Shown here: positions 13,879-26,671 of the stretch, one piece after another
How the letters are laid out: each line of letters starts with the position of its first letter
How positions within the stretch are numbered: the first letter of the stretch is position 1
From: Sphagnum compactum
Taxonomy: Eukaryota
Direction of reading: 5' to 3'
Assembly (NCBI GenBank): GCA_965153455.1
Contig: OZ234493.1
Span: 32,478,213 to 32,542,212, forward strand
DNA: 64,000 bases
Notes under the pieces: model-generated
What the model saw: the letters and a program-made list of their open reading frames with translations, nothing else
The model's database searches: none
Told to the model about the DNA's origin: nothing
Position numbers and translations under genes: made by a program

Positions 13879-14764
13879 TAACTTAACTGCAATTGATAAA
13901 TTTGCACTCACAATTACCTTCTTCCACCAATTTTAAATTCCCCCTCTCCCCCACCCCCCCAACTTCGTTCCCTCGTGAAAGGGTGAAATTCCACCTTTCA
14001 CCCAAAGCTTCTTAGGGTGAACTGTTCTTTGAAATGCACACGACCCGCATTTCATATAGAGAACACCATGAGACCTAGTGCTCAAAAGGGTTACAAGAAA
14101 TTTCCTAATGATGTCGTAGAATCCATCCCCAATACCGATTACGTCACATAATAGTCATTGGACAGACCTGGCTTATGGCCACCCTCCCATTCAGCTAGGC
14201 CATCCCAATGGCCATGGCCATTACGTTGCTTTCTTGTCTCAACGGAAACAACAACTTTCGGGAACTTGGGTGGCACACCCACGCCACCCACTATGTGGTG
14301 GTTGAATGGCAAGCCAATTCTCAAGCATTCACTTAAGTCAATGAAGAGAGTAACATCCATTTGCATAGATAGCTAGGGACGGAACTACACCTTGGCTCAT
14401 GATACATGTGTGAGGCAACCTTTACATTCATTCATTCGTTACAATGTAACATATGTAGGGTTTATTGTGACATATATCACATAATAATATTACAACTTGA
14501 CATAAGTTTGTGTTAAATATTACACTAGTGTAATCTCAAACCGTAATGTCACTATACTATGTGCCAAAATAAACGTCACATATTTGGTAGAAACATTCTC
14601 AAAGCCACATTCCGTGGCCCATGCACGAAGGTATTTTGATCACGAGCAACAAACTGATGAGACAAATGGATGAGAGACATAACGCGAGATAGCACCACCA
14701 TCAAACATGGGAAAATACACAAGTTACATTTGTCCTGGCTATGGAGGTTGCCGTCAATCATCTT

Positions 14765-14855
14765 CAGGCAGGCAGGCAGGTAGGTAGGTAGGTAGGTGGG
14801 TGCGCGGGTGGGTGGATTGGGAGAGTTACCTAGTGGGTGAGTGGGTGGGTAGGTG
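14765..14855. repeat. Compound tetranucleotide microsatellite (GGCA/GGTA/GGGT)n
   Basis: Directly visible. Similar (CCTA)n tracts occur at about 672-712 and 44860-45007. Confidence 0.75.
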
Positions 14856-14978
14856 GTTCTATGGCTAATATGAGCCAAATGATCGACGCACTCAAGTGTG
14901 GAACTTTAACATACAATCTATGAAGTCTCCACATATGGTGATGACTTTTCTATGAGGACTACTACCGCGTACAAAATC

Positions 14979-15116
14979 TTTCAAACCAAAGCAAAGTTGT
15001 ATGCAAGCTCATATGCAGCTGGTTCCTAACAATGCCAAGAGGAAGGATTTCAAACCAAAGCAACTTGTATGCAACTGATATGCAGCTGCTGGTTCGTAGC
15101 AATGGCAAGAGGTTGG
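14979..15116. repeat. Tandem duplication of about 69 bp
   Basis: TTTCAAACCAAAGCAA..TTGTATGCAA...ATATGCAGCTG...CAATG.CAAGAGG occurs twice, starting at 14979 and 15048. Confidence 0.85.
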
Positions 15117-17959
15117 TATTGCCTCGGGTCATCTCAGTCTGGTAGGGTTGTTGCTAACCAGGGTTGATTGTTGCTACCAAGTTGAAGGGCTATATACCAG
15201 ACTTAAACACGAGTATAGACCTAGAAATGTGAACCTCTGCATGGTACCACAAAAGACAGGCTCCAGAATAACAAGGTGTTGAATTCAAGGCACAGAAGAT
15301 GCTTAACCCAGCCAGCTATATCTTCAGTGCTACGCCAAGTACTTGAACTCCATGTCATGGTTGAAATTTGAAAATGAGCTAATATGCTTCTGGGTTTTAG
15401 TGATAATGTGAATTCATGAAGCTGTAAACATATGCAATTCATATGCATCTAGTTTTTTTCTGGCTCAAGACGTTAGCTTTCTTCACGAATTTAAACAGAC
15501 CACTCTTGTTTTGAAAATGCTGAGAGGACTTCAAAATATTTGCAGTTTTGTGACTGAAAACATGCCTCGTTCAAAACCAAAATTCGGTATATGAAATTGC
15601 AGAAACACTAGTTTTAGTTCAGTTCATGAGCTCATTTGGCAGCTAAGGTATAATAAAGCTGCACAATTTCCGGGGCTGATTGCCTACTTTCCTGCCGCCA
15701 TATCATCAGAATTATAACTAGAGTAAAGCATTTTTGAGGTCACCAACTGACCCAGAATCAAGAGCATAGAGAGTATGGACTCCTGTTGTTCTGGTATTGA
15801 GTTTTGAACATACCAGCTGAGGTTCAATACCTCCAGAAGTCTCCTTCACCAGCTGGGGAGCCAATTACATAACATCTGCTGAGCCAATAGCATACATTTG
15901 CACAAGATAATATTGTTGAGATCAAAATGAGTCTTCCAGAGTGTGGCAGCAACATATGACTCTGCATTCTTCTGAAATGAATCCAAGAATCTTCACGGTT
16001 TTTGCATTTGGTGTTTGCTTTACAACCGTTTTATTGCCACATTTTATTCAACATGATCCTGATAGAGCTGGGCTAGTGCATACTGGTAACGTCTAGCATC
16101 ATCATGTGTTTGATTCTAGAAGGCTTGAATGTACACTTTATGGACCCATTAAAGTTATCCAAAAAGTCTTCAAAACTCACGAGCTGAACTCTGAGTTTGA
16201 GCAAAAGGCGTGACAAACCCCAAAATGCGTGATGGGGTTTTTGTAAATTGTGGTTTTGGTAAACCAGACCATTCAGGAGAGATTCTTCCACAATATTAGG
16301 AACTTTGTAGACTATTTGCTAGACCTCGTGATGTTCTATGTGTGGTCACATGCATTTGAAGGAGCGGGTTACCACAATGAGCTTTAGGATGAAGGGTGGA
16401 ATCTCTCCAATGTGACAACTATAGATGAAGTTTCCCACTGCATTGAATCACTCCAATGTAAATGCTCTTTTGGAGGAAACCACTTACGTTGTAAATTGCC
16501 CTCATTTTTCTTGAATGAAGTTAGTAAAACTATCTGACCATTTTGTGAGCTTCCAACTTTCAACTGTGCAATCAGGGCCATGTCTGCACAAGCAGAGCCA
16601 TAACTTGCAGTGTTTTTTTCTTGGCAAAATTTTGCATCTTGGTGACCAAAAAAAAGCGAGTGTGACTCATACAAAAGGTTTTTATGAGAAAAAATGGCCC
16701 AAAGTTGCAAGATTTCAAGGTTGCCAGATTTCAAGGAAACTCTTTTGCAGGTGTCAAATTAGCTCTACTTGAATATTTGGCTGAATCTTGCAGTGCCGGA
16801 CTACCCACGGCCCAAAACCTTGAAGGTACTTCTACAAATTCCCCAATCCTTATCTGAAACATATAAGCACCAGAGGTCTGATGCAGTGATTTTCTTTGGT
16901 GGCTAAATTTTTTTATTTTTTGTATGATATTTGCCACCTTCCATATGATGCTGTCGTCAATTGAGCTCCACCCAATTTTGTGAAATACATAGTGGAATAC
17001 ACCACATCCTCTACTAATGTGTGAAATGGAAATGCACCACATTCTCTACTAACCAGTGTGCAAGCAGTGTGCTGCTTTTCCCTCCAGTGTCTCTTTTTGT
17101 TCAGCTTCTGGGAAATGTGGATTTGCACACAAGCTTTGCCTCCACATCTGCCTTTGCAAAACTGCTCTGCAGTTGGCATTGTTGTGTGATTCTTCCTTCC
17201 CCTTCAGTTGCTTCTGTCAAAAGTATGCTTCTTGTAAGGGGTTCAAGACAGGCCAAACTCAAAATCTAAGCCTTGGTATGTCAGTAGAGAGCGTCTTTTA
17301 AGGAATTTCTGTAGATGCACACATGAACTGCAGGTGTTCCACAAATGCACTGGTCTACTGGGACAGCCTGCAGAGACACTTATTGGGTAGGAACCATAAT
17401 GGGTGTTTTATCATGGCAAGAAGTAACAAGGCAGATGCCACAAAGTTGCACATTCTGCAAATGCTGTCTGTTACACTCTGTACATGGACATAACATGGAT
17501 GTCAAGAATATCGCAGCTGGATGGCACTGATGATAAGTTTGATGCTGTAATTTCTGAATCAGGGCTCAGTCTTCAGTTGCTATTGCAAGATCAGGAAGCA
17601 AATTGTGGTATTTAGTATTTACTGATTTGATTTCTGCTCTGCTTTATCCCCCCTCAAATAGTTGTTGAGCAAGTATATGCAATACACCCAAGTACTTACC
17701 TACCCCAAGGTGGCAACAGTTTGTGCTTGCATACCTATTGAGTCACCAGGCAAAATGGACATTTAAACTGATCTGTCAGCGAAGATTTGTGTGCACATAG
17801 GGGTTTTAGGCCATGGCAATTGGATTATAATCTGTTCTGACTTCACAGATCCACAGCTGCCCAAGGATGCAACACCCAAACCCTGTACCTACTATTTCCA
17901 ATGGTTTACAGCTTCCCTTGAATGGACGATACAGACCAAGTAGGTGAAGAATTGAAGAC

Positions 17960-17988
17960 AGGTTTAGGGTTTAGGGTTTAGGGTTTAG
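17960..17988 (+). repeat. Interstitial plant telomeric repeat (TTTAGGG)n
   Basis: AGGTTTAGGGTTTAGGGTTTAGGGTTTAG. A shorter (CCCTAAA)n tract lies at about 4573-4592. Confidence 0.85.
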
Positions 17989-20900
17989 TGCTTGCTCCAG
18001 TTTGATGAGTTACTGACTGATTGGTGTCTAGCAGCAATCTTTGAAGAAAGCGAAAGTTCAGCACAAGGATCTTCACCCATTAGTCCAACAGGAAAATGGG
18101 TTGGGGAGAATCAGCAATACCAGTTGTTTGTGCAAAATGGCAACTTCTGTCACATGCAAGTCCAAGGCAGCCTGTGGATGCTAATTCATGATGTTCAGGT
18201 AATGCTCTGACACTTTCTGAGTCACACTTGTAAGGTTATGAGAGCACTCTTTCCTGTCATGTTACCTTCAAAGAATTGTTGTTGGGTTTTTGCTGCAATC
18301 TCATCAATATGGGTACTAGTTATATAACACTGGGTTCCCTAAGGGAAACCTTCGGAAACTGTGGGAATGTGTGTACTGGGGCAGGTTTTTTTTAGGAGTG
18401 CCATATAGCATATCAGTTTTGTGCTATTGTGGTTTCAAAGATTGTGTGAAAATTGCACTTTGAAGGATGGCATCATGCATTTGAATAGCCACAACATTCT
18501 CTTTGTTAAGGATTGCATCCTCTTCCTTAGACAATCATGCTTTTGTCAGCTAGAATTAGGATATAATGTACAATGCATTAAGACATAAGAGAAAGCTGTA
18601 AATGGAGAAGAAGAAATTTGTTATTACCTAACTATTGCGGTTGCACATGAACAAGCTTATCTACAATTTATCATGAAATGCACCAGGGCTTGGATGAGAG
18701 GCAGAAGTGTGGGCTTTGGACTCATTAAAGTTATGCGGTAAACAAACAATTTCTGAGTTGAAGTATTTGTGTATGTACGTAGGCAGTTTTTCTGGCTCTC
18801 TGTTTCAGCTCACATCTCATCAGTTCAAGTCACCATAGATAAGGGGCCTTGGTATAGGTATATATGAGAGTGCCTAGTCTACCCACATGTGTTGGATTAG
18901 CAGCAAAAGCAGGAATCTCTTGCAAGTAAAGCTGATACAGGCTTTGCTCTTCATGTTCTTATACTCAGGAGTTTCAGTTCTCATGGAATTTTTAGCAGTT
19001 TTACAGTCCACCAAGGATTGCTAAGGTTACCAGTCATTTGCTAATTTTCTGCAATTGGGAGCTCCATTTCGTACTCACAGGAGATATATGCTCCCTGAGA
19101 CTTGCAAATGGGGAAGAAGTATTGAACCATTTTGCAGAACTGGAGTAGGCATTGTAATGAAAAAAGAACGGGTGCGATATCAATGCACGATACCATCAAA
19201 TAAAAGAAAACAATACACATGTGGTTCAAAAAGATCAAAAGTATATAGTCTACTCAAAGAAAACCTTCATACATCACTTCTACTATCTACTATGACTCTA
19301 AATTCTAAGGCACATTTAGGGATCAGATCACTCTGAGTTATCTCTCATGAGCTATCATTGCCTTCGATCATGATTCCATCATACAATAGCTCAATCACAT
19401 GCCCATATAACCCTTTTTGGCCACGGACCTCCATTTCTGACCATAACCCAACCTATACAATGACAACTCCAAAACCCACTACACAAATGGATTAACTCAC
19501 ATTCTAAACCCAATTTTCATTTCTTAATACTCTCACAATATTCAGGAAGTTTTAACAAGAGAAGACCCCACCCCAGTTGCAACAACATTTTGCAATAAAC
19601 AAAATTTGGTTTTCTCTTGGAGTTCCTATCATCATAGGTCTCACTCCCTCACAACAAACAAGAAATCAACACTAAAACTTGAGTATGCCAAACCCAAGCT
19701 TACAAAAACAACAAGCAAGCTCACAAGCCCCCTAAAGCCTTTCAAATCAACTTTGAAACAATACATATCATATGTTTTAAGTATATGCATTACGTTAGGC
19801 CAAAAGTTGTTAAACCATTTTTTCAACTTACAACTTCAATGTAAGTGATCTCACTATAATTTTGCCAAATACACAACCCATATAAGTTGACGTCAATCAA
19901 ACCTTGCGGTGGTAAAACTGGGCAACTCCATGCAAGGCATCGCACTAACACCCGAATAGAGCTTGTTAGAGAGTATTTAACATCTTGCCTTGCAAATGTG
20001 ATCCATATTAATTAAGTAAGGGGTGCCTTACAAGTTCAATTCTTCTCTCTTTTTTTTTGCAATGAACCTCTTTGACTAACCCATTCACAATTTTGATGAC
20101 TCCCCAATATAGAAATATTCACTCTAAACATAGAAACATATGAGTCCCAACATTTGCTGACCTACATAGGTTCCAAAAAGATGACATTGGGCAAAGCATA
20201 TGAGACAATTTGAGGTGTTATTGGGAACATGTTGGGACTTTAGGGCACATCTTGGGAACTTGATGGGAAACAATATAATCCCCCCCTTTCCCCCACTCAC
20301 CTCCCCTCCAAGTTTATTGGTGCATGTTGCCATTCCTCCTCATGAGATGAGCATAATTGTTATTTCCAATGGCATTCATTACCAATTTTGGCCTAGGCTA
20401 ATGACAAGGGCTAAATTGTGAGAAAATAATCTACTACATCTAAAATAATGGGGAAATTATTGCCCCATCCCCAATACACATGAAATATTGGACAATGTAC
20501 AATGAGAATCAATTACATACCACCAAATGGGCCAATCATTGTGATTGTCCAATCAAGAAGTCAATCACATTTCTTTAGGTACTTGTTCAAAGAGCATTCT
20601 TTATGTGCATATTTAAATATGTATAGCAATTCAAGTGACATGACCCAATTAATTACATTTACAATTGCATTCAACCCATTTTGAACTTAAATGAACTTGA
20701 AAGAAATTATAAATTATTTTCATATACATTTACACAAGCTAATTTACATAATTTTTTAAAAATGTAACCAATAACATTATTGGTAAAATTTTGTTAAAAA
20801 GTGAAATAGAAAAATAAAAATTTGGAAATGAAGTGATTTTCAAGGTTTGAACCGAACAGAACAAAACAACTGATGTTTATATTTGGTTTTTTGTTTGTAA

Positions 20901-23259
20901 CTAAAAATATTAAAGGATGATTAAAGATTTGAACTTCATATCTGGTTTAGAGTTTTATAGCCAAATTTGGCTCAGCCTTCCTAGGGATGATTGTCATTTT
21001 TCTATGCTTTCCTATGAATGATTACCACTTTGATTACAAATGAAATTTCCTTCAAAAAAAATTTGATGTATACAACACTTTAATTGATCACATTTTGATA
21101 AAATTACTAGATAATAACATATAGCAAATTTTACATGATTTAAATTTTTTTAATTGTCACACTTTTGACAAAATTTTCATCCTAGGGCTTTTCCTTTAAA
21201 TAATTTGAGAAAACTTTTGAAAACATTTTACCATGGATGTCATTTTTCATTTTCTAGAAATAATCATTAATGACCTACATCTTTTTGCACATATCACCTC
21301 TACTACTCAATGTTGTTATTTTTGGTGTGAAATTTTGCACAAATATGAAAATAAATTTGACAAATGAAATAGTCTATTGCATATTCATTTTTTGAAGAAA
21401 AAAATCACCAATTGTTGTTTTTTAATTTGAGAAATCTCCACATTCTTTGATTTTAGGGGGGGGGGGGCATTTTTCATTCTAGTTTTTTACATTTTGAACA
21501 AGTTTTGCAAACATGCCACCATTTAATGTTAAATCCTTTTTGGCACACTTGCATGTGACACAACTTTGAAATTTGGAAAAAAAAAAAACTTTGTTATTGC
21601 TACATCAAAAGATTGGATGATATATATATATATATAGTTTGTGTCTTCTCATTAAGGGGGGATGTTAAGGATTAAAATTATTGAGGGATAACTCAATTAG
21701 ACATACCATTTCATAGACTAAGGTTGCGTTTGAAACTCTTAATGACATCTGCATTGTTTTGACATTTAATTCATTCTTCTTGCAATACACAAGATCTTTG
21801 TCTCTCTCTCTCGTTGTCTGTTTGTAATTCATAACAAAACCAGTTCCATTCAATCCTCAAGTATGGACACATTTATAACATTTTCGGTTATTGTGGAATC
21901 CATTCTACCATATGTAACATCAATTGGTAGAACTCAAACTCAATTCCAGCTTGAAAAGTTATTCACAATAATTGAAAAGAAAGGGTATCATTCAGAAACA
22001 TTTCTTTAGTCCTTCAATCAACTGCACCCAATCAACTTCAACTAAGTCCTTCAGTATGTCTCTGGGACAAAATGCAATATCCTGTCTTGTGGTTTTATCA
22101 TAACTAAATAAATTTTTTAATGATGGAGTTAAGGGTTTTGAAAATAATCTATTACAACTCCAAACCCTAAACCAATTTCAAAAGCAATGTCATCATTTGT
22201 CATTGTTACCGTTGTGTTGGAAGACAGCAATTGCACTTGCATTATTATACATTGAGTGCAAACATCACAGCTTAAAAAATAGAGAAGCCTTGTTTAATTG
22301 TGAAAGAAAAATATTGGCTTTTTGTACTATACCAGGCCAATTCCACTGAGGAACACGACGAACCTGGTAGGGTGAGCTGCCGTTCTGTTAGATGGTAACT
22401 GGTTCTACCAGCACCTCTTCCAGAGCGTAACTGGTTCTCCCCACCATCCATACACATTTCAAGCTTGTTCTCCACTGTCAATTCACATTACAAGTGAAAC
22501 TAGGACCAAAAGCAGAAACAGCAGAATCTGGCTGCCTGCTCCACCTAGGAAAAACCGTGGAAAAGTGCTTGAATTGGACACCCATACCCATTTTGTGATT
22601 TATTGATCTGTAGATCTTTATCCTTTCAATCTTCTGGCCACCCAAAATTCTACCCATCAGTTGGCCATGCAGGGTCCATTGCCATAACTAATGGAGCCTA
22701 ATATGAATTGTCTGCATGCATTTCAACCAAGCCTAGTGTAAGGTTTTCCATCAACTCTGCTTTTGCCTTCTTTTTTGCAGCTCCTGCACACAACTCTTAG
22801 ATTTTCTGGAGTTGAATGGTCAGTCCTGCATGGTTGAAAGCTTCCTTGCATTGCCAAATGCAATTCTAAACTCATAATTCAGTTCACATGGTGTAAACTA
22901 ATCATGCCTCAACTGGTCAGACTTTTGGCAGGGTCTATGAACCGTGCAGGCAAGCCAAACATTTGATCTGAAGTCATTCCTTAGCTTCCTCATATTGCAA
23001 GTACCATGTAGTAGCAGACATCATTGTGGCTGTTTCAGGGATGTACTCAAGTGAAGCCATAAGACAGCTGCCAGTAAAAGGCAAGGTGAAGTTGTGGTCA
23101 CTCTCCTATCACCGGTATCAAGCTGATTTCCCGCTTACTGTCATTTAATTGTAGGTTGACTTCTATATACAGTGAGATCACAGGGATCAAAAGAACCCCC
23201 TTGCTATCTATTATGCCATGTAAAATGATGAAACTCTTTTGCTGCTTCTGAAACCCTGG

Positions 23260-26235
23260 TTACTTCAAGAATTCTCGCCGAACCATCTCAAAGAGGAAAT
23301 AGTTCCAGGTATCAATAGGCCCTGGCATACACCAGTGCAAACAATCTTGAGGGGGTGGTTGACCCTTCGGGCCCCTTGTAACAATTTTGTTGGGGTCATT
23401 GTTCCTGTAGGGACCCGGATGCCCATCTGCTCTGTACTCAAAAACTTGTGTAATGTTCATCAATCTCAGTTTCGAAGGATTCCTTCCCAGCATCCTTTCA
23501 GCTTCCTCATATGCCACCATTTGATGTTGATACATTGTATTTGTGTAATTATTCACAGGTAACTGCTCAGTGGTCAATGGCCGAGTTTTGCCAGTGCATG
23601 ATCCACCAGTGTTCCATGCTCCTTTCTCATAGTGGTCTGGTGAGTATGTTCTCAAAATCGTTATCCCCCTACACAATTCCACACTTAGTAATTTCTAAAG
23701 CACCCTGCCATGTTCAGATGAGAATTTGCAGGCCAGGCTTCCTTGCTACCATGCTCTGACTTAGGCTGTTCTATGAATCTTTGACATGACAAAGTCATCC
23801 ATATTCAGGTTCTCTACAGTGGAAAGGAATATCTCTGATGATGACCTAATTCCTAAGATTCGAACCCTTCAGAAGACCAAGCATGGACCAAACAGGACAA
23901 CAGCATGATTCCATTCAACTCTTCTCAAACATTTCAAAGGTCAATGTGTACAGTAACAGCCATCTGCTTAGAAAAAGCAAAAGGCTACAAATGCTTGACG
24001 GAGGCAAATTTCCAGCCCAGAAAAAGTGCTTTCTATTTTGTACAGAAATGACCCATTGGCAATAAGGGTCCTTAAAACAAACCTTAAATTTACTCCAAAC
24101 ACAAACTCTCAAAATGAGCCACGTTTTGGAAGATCAGGAGACCCAACTTACTTGTAGTTAGGGTAGGAAACAATAGCCTTCAAAGCAGTCTTCATGGCAA
24201 TGGCATAGCCAGACAATGCATCATACTCTTTCTCATGGTCATCATCCCACCAGCCTTGTCCACCAACTATTGTTCCATTCAGAACATAGGCAGTTTTTCT
24301 GGGCCACCAGTGACCTGAGGAGATTACCATAACATCAATATCCAGCAAAGAGTCGATGATATTCTGATCAAGGTACTCCAGATGCAGCTTGGTTAAATTC
24401 TCAGGAGCAAAGTCAATGGCTGCTTCTGTTGTGTTCACCAGCCATGAAGACCATATCCGCATGACTGTGAACGAGTGTTTCTTGAATACCCATCTATGTA
24501 CAACTTTGTCATCTTGGTTTTCTGGAGGATAGACCTGTTCAGATGCAGAGAGAAAGCGCATGAATTGTCAGTCTGAGTAACCATGCTTGACTCAGAACTC
24601 TAAGAGATTTCCATGAACTCTCTCCTTTGAACTGCATACCCATATAGTATAATTCCACTCTCATATTGATGTAGCAAAAATAGATTCCCACATATACAAC
24701 CCCAAATTTACCAGTACCCACTTGAGAAGCTCACCTGAGGACATATCTTTTGTAAGGCAAGCCCTAATTCTTGGAGGTGACATTCATGATTTACTTCCCA
24801 CAAACTGGAGCTCCATGCAGGAATCCTTAAGGGTGTGAAGTGTCGCAGAGTATCACATGTCTAGATGGCATTGATCACATGCCTAAACTCAAGAAAGCAT
24901 GCAGATCAAATTTGCAATCAGCATCTAGACAAGAAAAGCTACACAATGAAGAAAGAAGGTCAATGTGATGCAGAAGCACAAAAGAAACCTGACCTGCCAC
25001 AACATGCACAAAAGAGACTCAAACTGGTTGCGAGCTACAGAATCTCCAATAAAAGCCAAGGTCTTCCCCCTCATCAGCTTCAGAAAGGCAGGAGCATCCA
25101 AGACAGGAAGATCACAATCCTGGGGCTGCCATCTCCAATTCAGATAATCACTGTCAGGCCTTCCATTTCCTGGACAGTTCTGTGACTTGGTCACGATGGG
25201 ACAGCTCTCATTTCTGTATAAGGGCTCAGAATTGGGAGACTCAACCCATGCTCCCGTAAACAAATCACACCATTTCTCTGTACACCACCCATACATAATC
25301 ACACTTGCATTCAGAAAGAAAGAAATAGTGTTGTGGCCTGCCCTGTTCAAAGTCAATCAAGCTTTCAGATTGCAATGGCACAATGTTCTCAGATCCATTG
25401 TTGCTTAGTCCGCACCCTAGGAGCATTTACACCAGTGCTCAGTATGTGCGCCTACACTGAAAATCTTGGATGAGGTACAGCAGTCAAATCCAGTGAATCC
25501 ACTGGAAGATGGCTGTGACCCTGGAAAATGGCACAGCTTCCAGGGCCCTGCAGTAGCCGTGGAAGTGTCTAATAAATACAGTCAAATGGATAAGAAATAT
25601 TGACTTCTCCCTGTCTCTAATTGGTTTGATAGTTTGATTGGTCCCGGTGGGTTGCTATCGGTAGTCTCCCACCTGTTTGCAGTCCGAGTTTGAGTTTTAT
25701 GGGTGCGGTTGGAAAAAAGTAAATAAATAAAACTTCGATGTGAGGTCATATACTGAGCACCGCTGGAGATGGTCTAAGCAAAACCCTGTCGAGCAAACCA
25801 GTACCCAATGTCCAAAAATGCAGGATCAATCCCACATTGTGACATGGGTACCTGCAGAAGAAGATCTCGATGAATCAGGTATGAAGGTCATGGACATGAT
25901 GGGACCCAAGAAGAAGAAGAATGACGAGAGAGAGGGAGAGAGAGAGAGAGAGTGAGAGAGACACCTGGTTCTTGTTGTTGGGTTTGGAATCCTTTATAAC
26001 TTTGACCTGACAACAAGCCTTTCTGGCGCAAGTAGAGTTGCCACAAGGGATCGCCAGCTTCCACAGCGCTCCTGGCAGAACCCAAGAAAGGAGCAGTGAA
26101 GAATCCGAGAGTGACGGCCATGGAAGCGGCAAGTATGCACATACAAAGCAAACGCCAAACGCTGATTTTCTCACTCCCCCATCCCTGCACTACTACTGTC
26201 AAACCGACCGGTAGCTGCTTCTTTTCAGAGTGCAT
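23260..26235 (-). CDS. TBL: Trichome birefringence-like (TBL; PMR5N + PC-esterase) polysaccharide O-acetyltransferase, YLS7/TBL17-TBL18-like, about 448 aa
   Basis: Exons 26235-25965, 25277-24994, 24534-24152 and 23668-23260 have GT-AG boundaries with consistent phases (1347 nt including stop). The protein has an N-terminal TM segment, CDLFTGAWV, CPGNGRPD, the GDS motif (FIGDSVARNQ) and the C-terminal DxxH motif (PPPQDCLHWCMPGPIDTWN). The start ATG at 26235 is inferred. Confidence 0.93.
25604..25718 (-). repeat. Internal fragment of the same MITE family as 1631-2026, in TBL intron 1
   Basis: Reverse complement CATAAAACTCAAACTCGGACTGCAAACAGGTGGGAGACTACCGATAGCAACCCACCGGGACCAATCA aligns with 1721-1787 CATAAAACTAGAACTGGGACTGCAAATAGGTGGGAGACTACTAATAGCAAACCACTTGGACCAATCA. 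Confidence 0.8.
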
Positions 26236-26636
26236 ACTTGCCACCACTCCTCGGTCTTCCTTCCCTTTGCAAAATCGATCGATCGAGTGAGTGAGTGTAC
26301 CAACTTAGGTACCCAACTCCCTAACTACTACTTCTTTCAGCACATTTCGCTCACGTAAAACATTACACTCTTTACCCCAAAAATAGAAAATAAAATGCGC
26401 ATCACGCTCTCTCACCGAAACATGATTGCGCATAGCATTCGACCATGTCTCACATGAGCGCAGAAAATAATCTTCGACCACCAGGTAAAGTCTCGTTTCT
26501 AAGCTTGGTTCGTTGTGATCACATATTTGGAATCGGAATCATTGCACAATTTTTGCTACCTAGACCTCTTTTTCTTCTCGAGTGCAGTGCAGTGCAGGGC
26601 GCGTCTTAGTATAGAACGACTGTCTGCGGAAGGAAT

Positions 26637-26670
<34 letters not shown>
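26637..26670. repeat. (GA)n microsatellite upstream of the TBL gene (possible GAGA/BPC element)
   Basis: GA run about 400 bp upstream of the TBL ATG. A (CT)n run at 53269-53302 lies just upstream of the DGD1 ATG. Confidence 0.7.

Positions 26671-26671
<1 letters not shown>

Noticed and set aside
25800..25851. Extra TBL exon after CTGCAG at 25851
   Set aside because: Gives an in-frame TGA after a few codons, and exon 1 joins exon 2 in phase without it.
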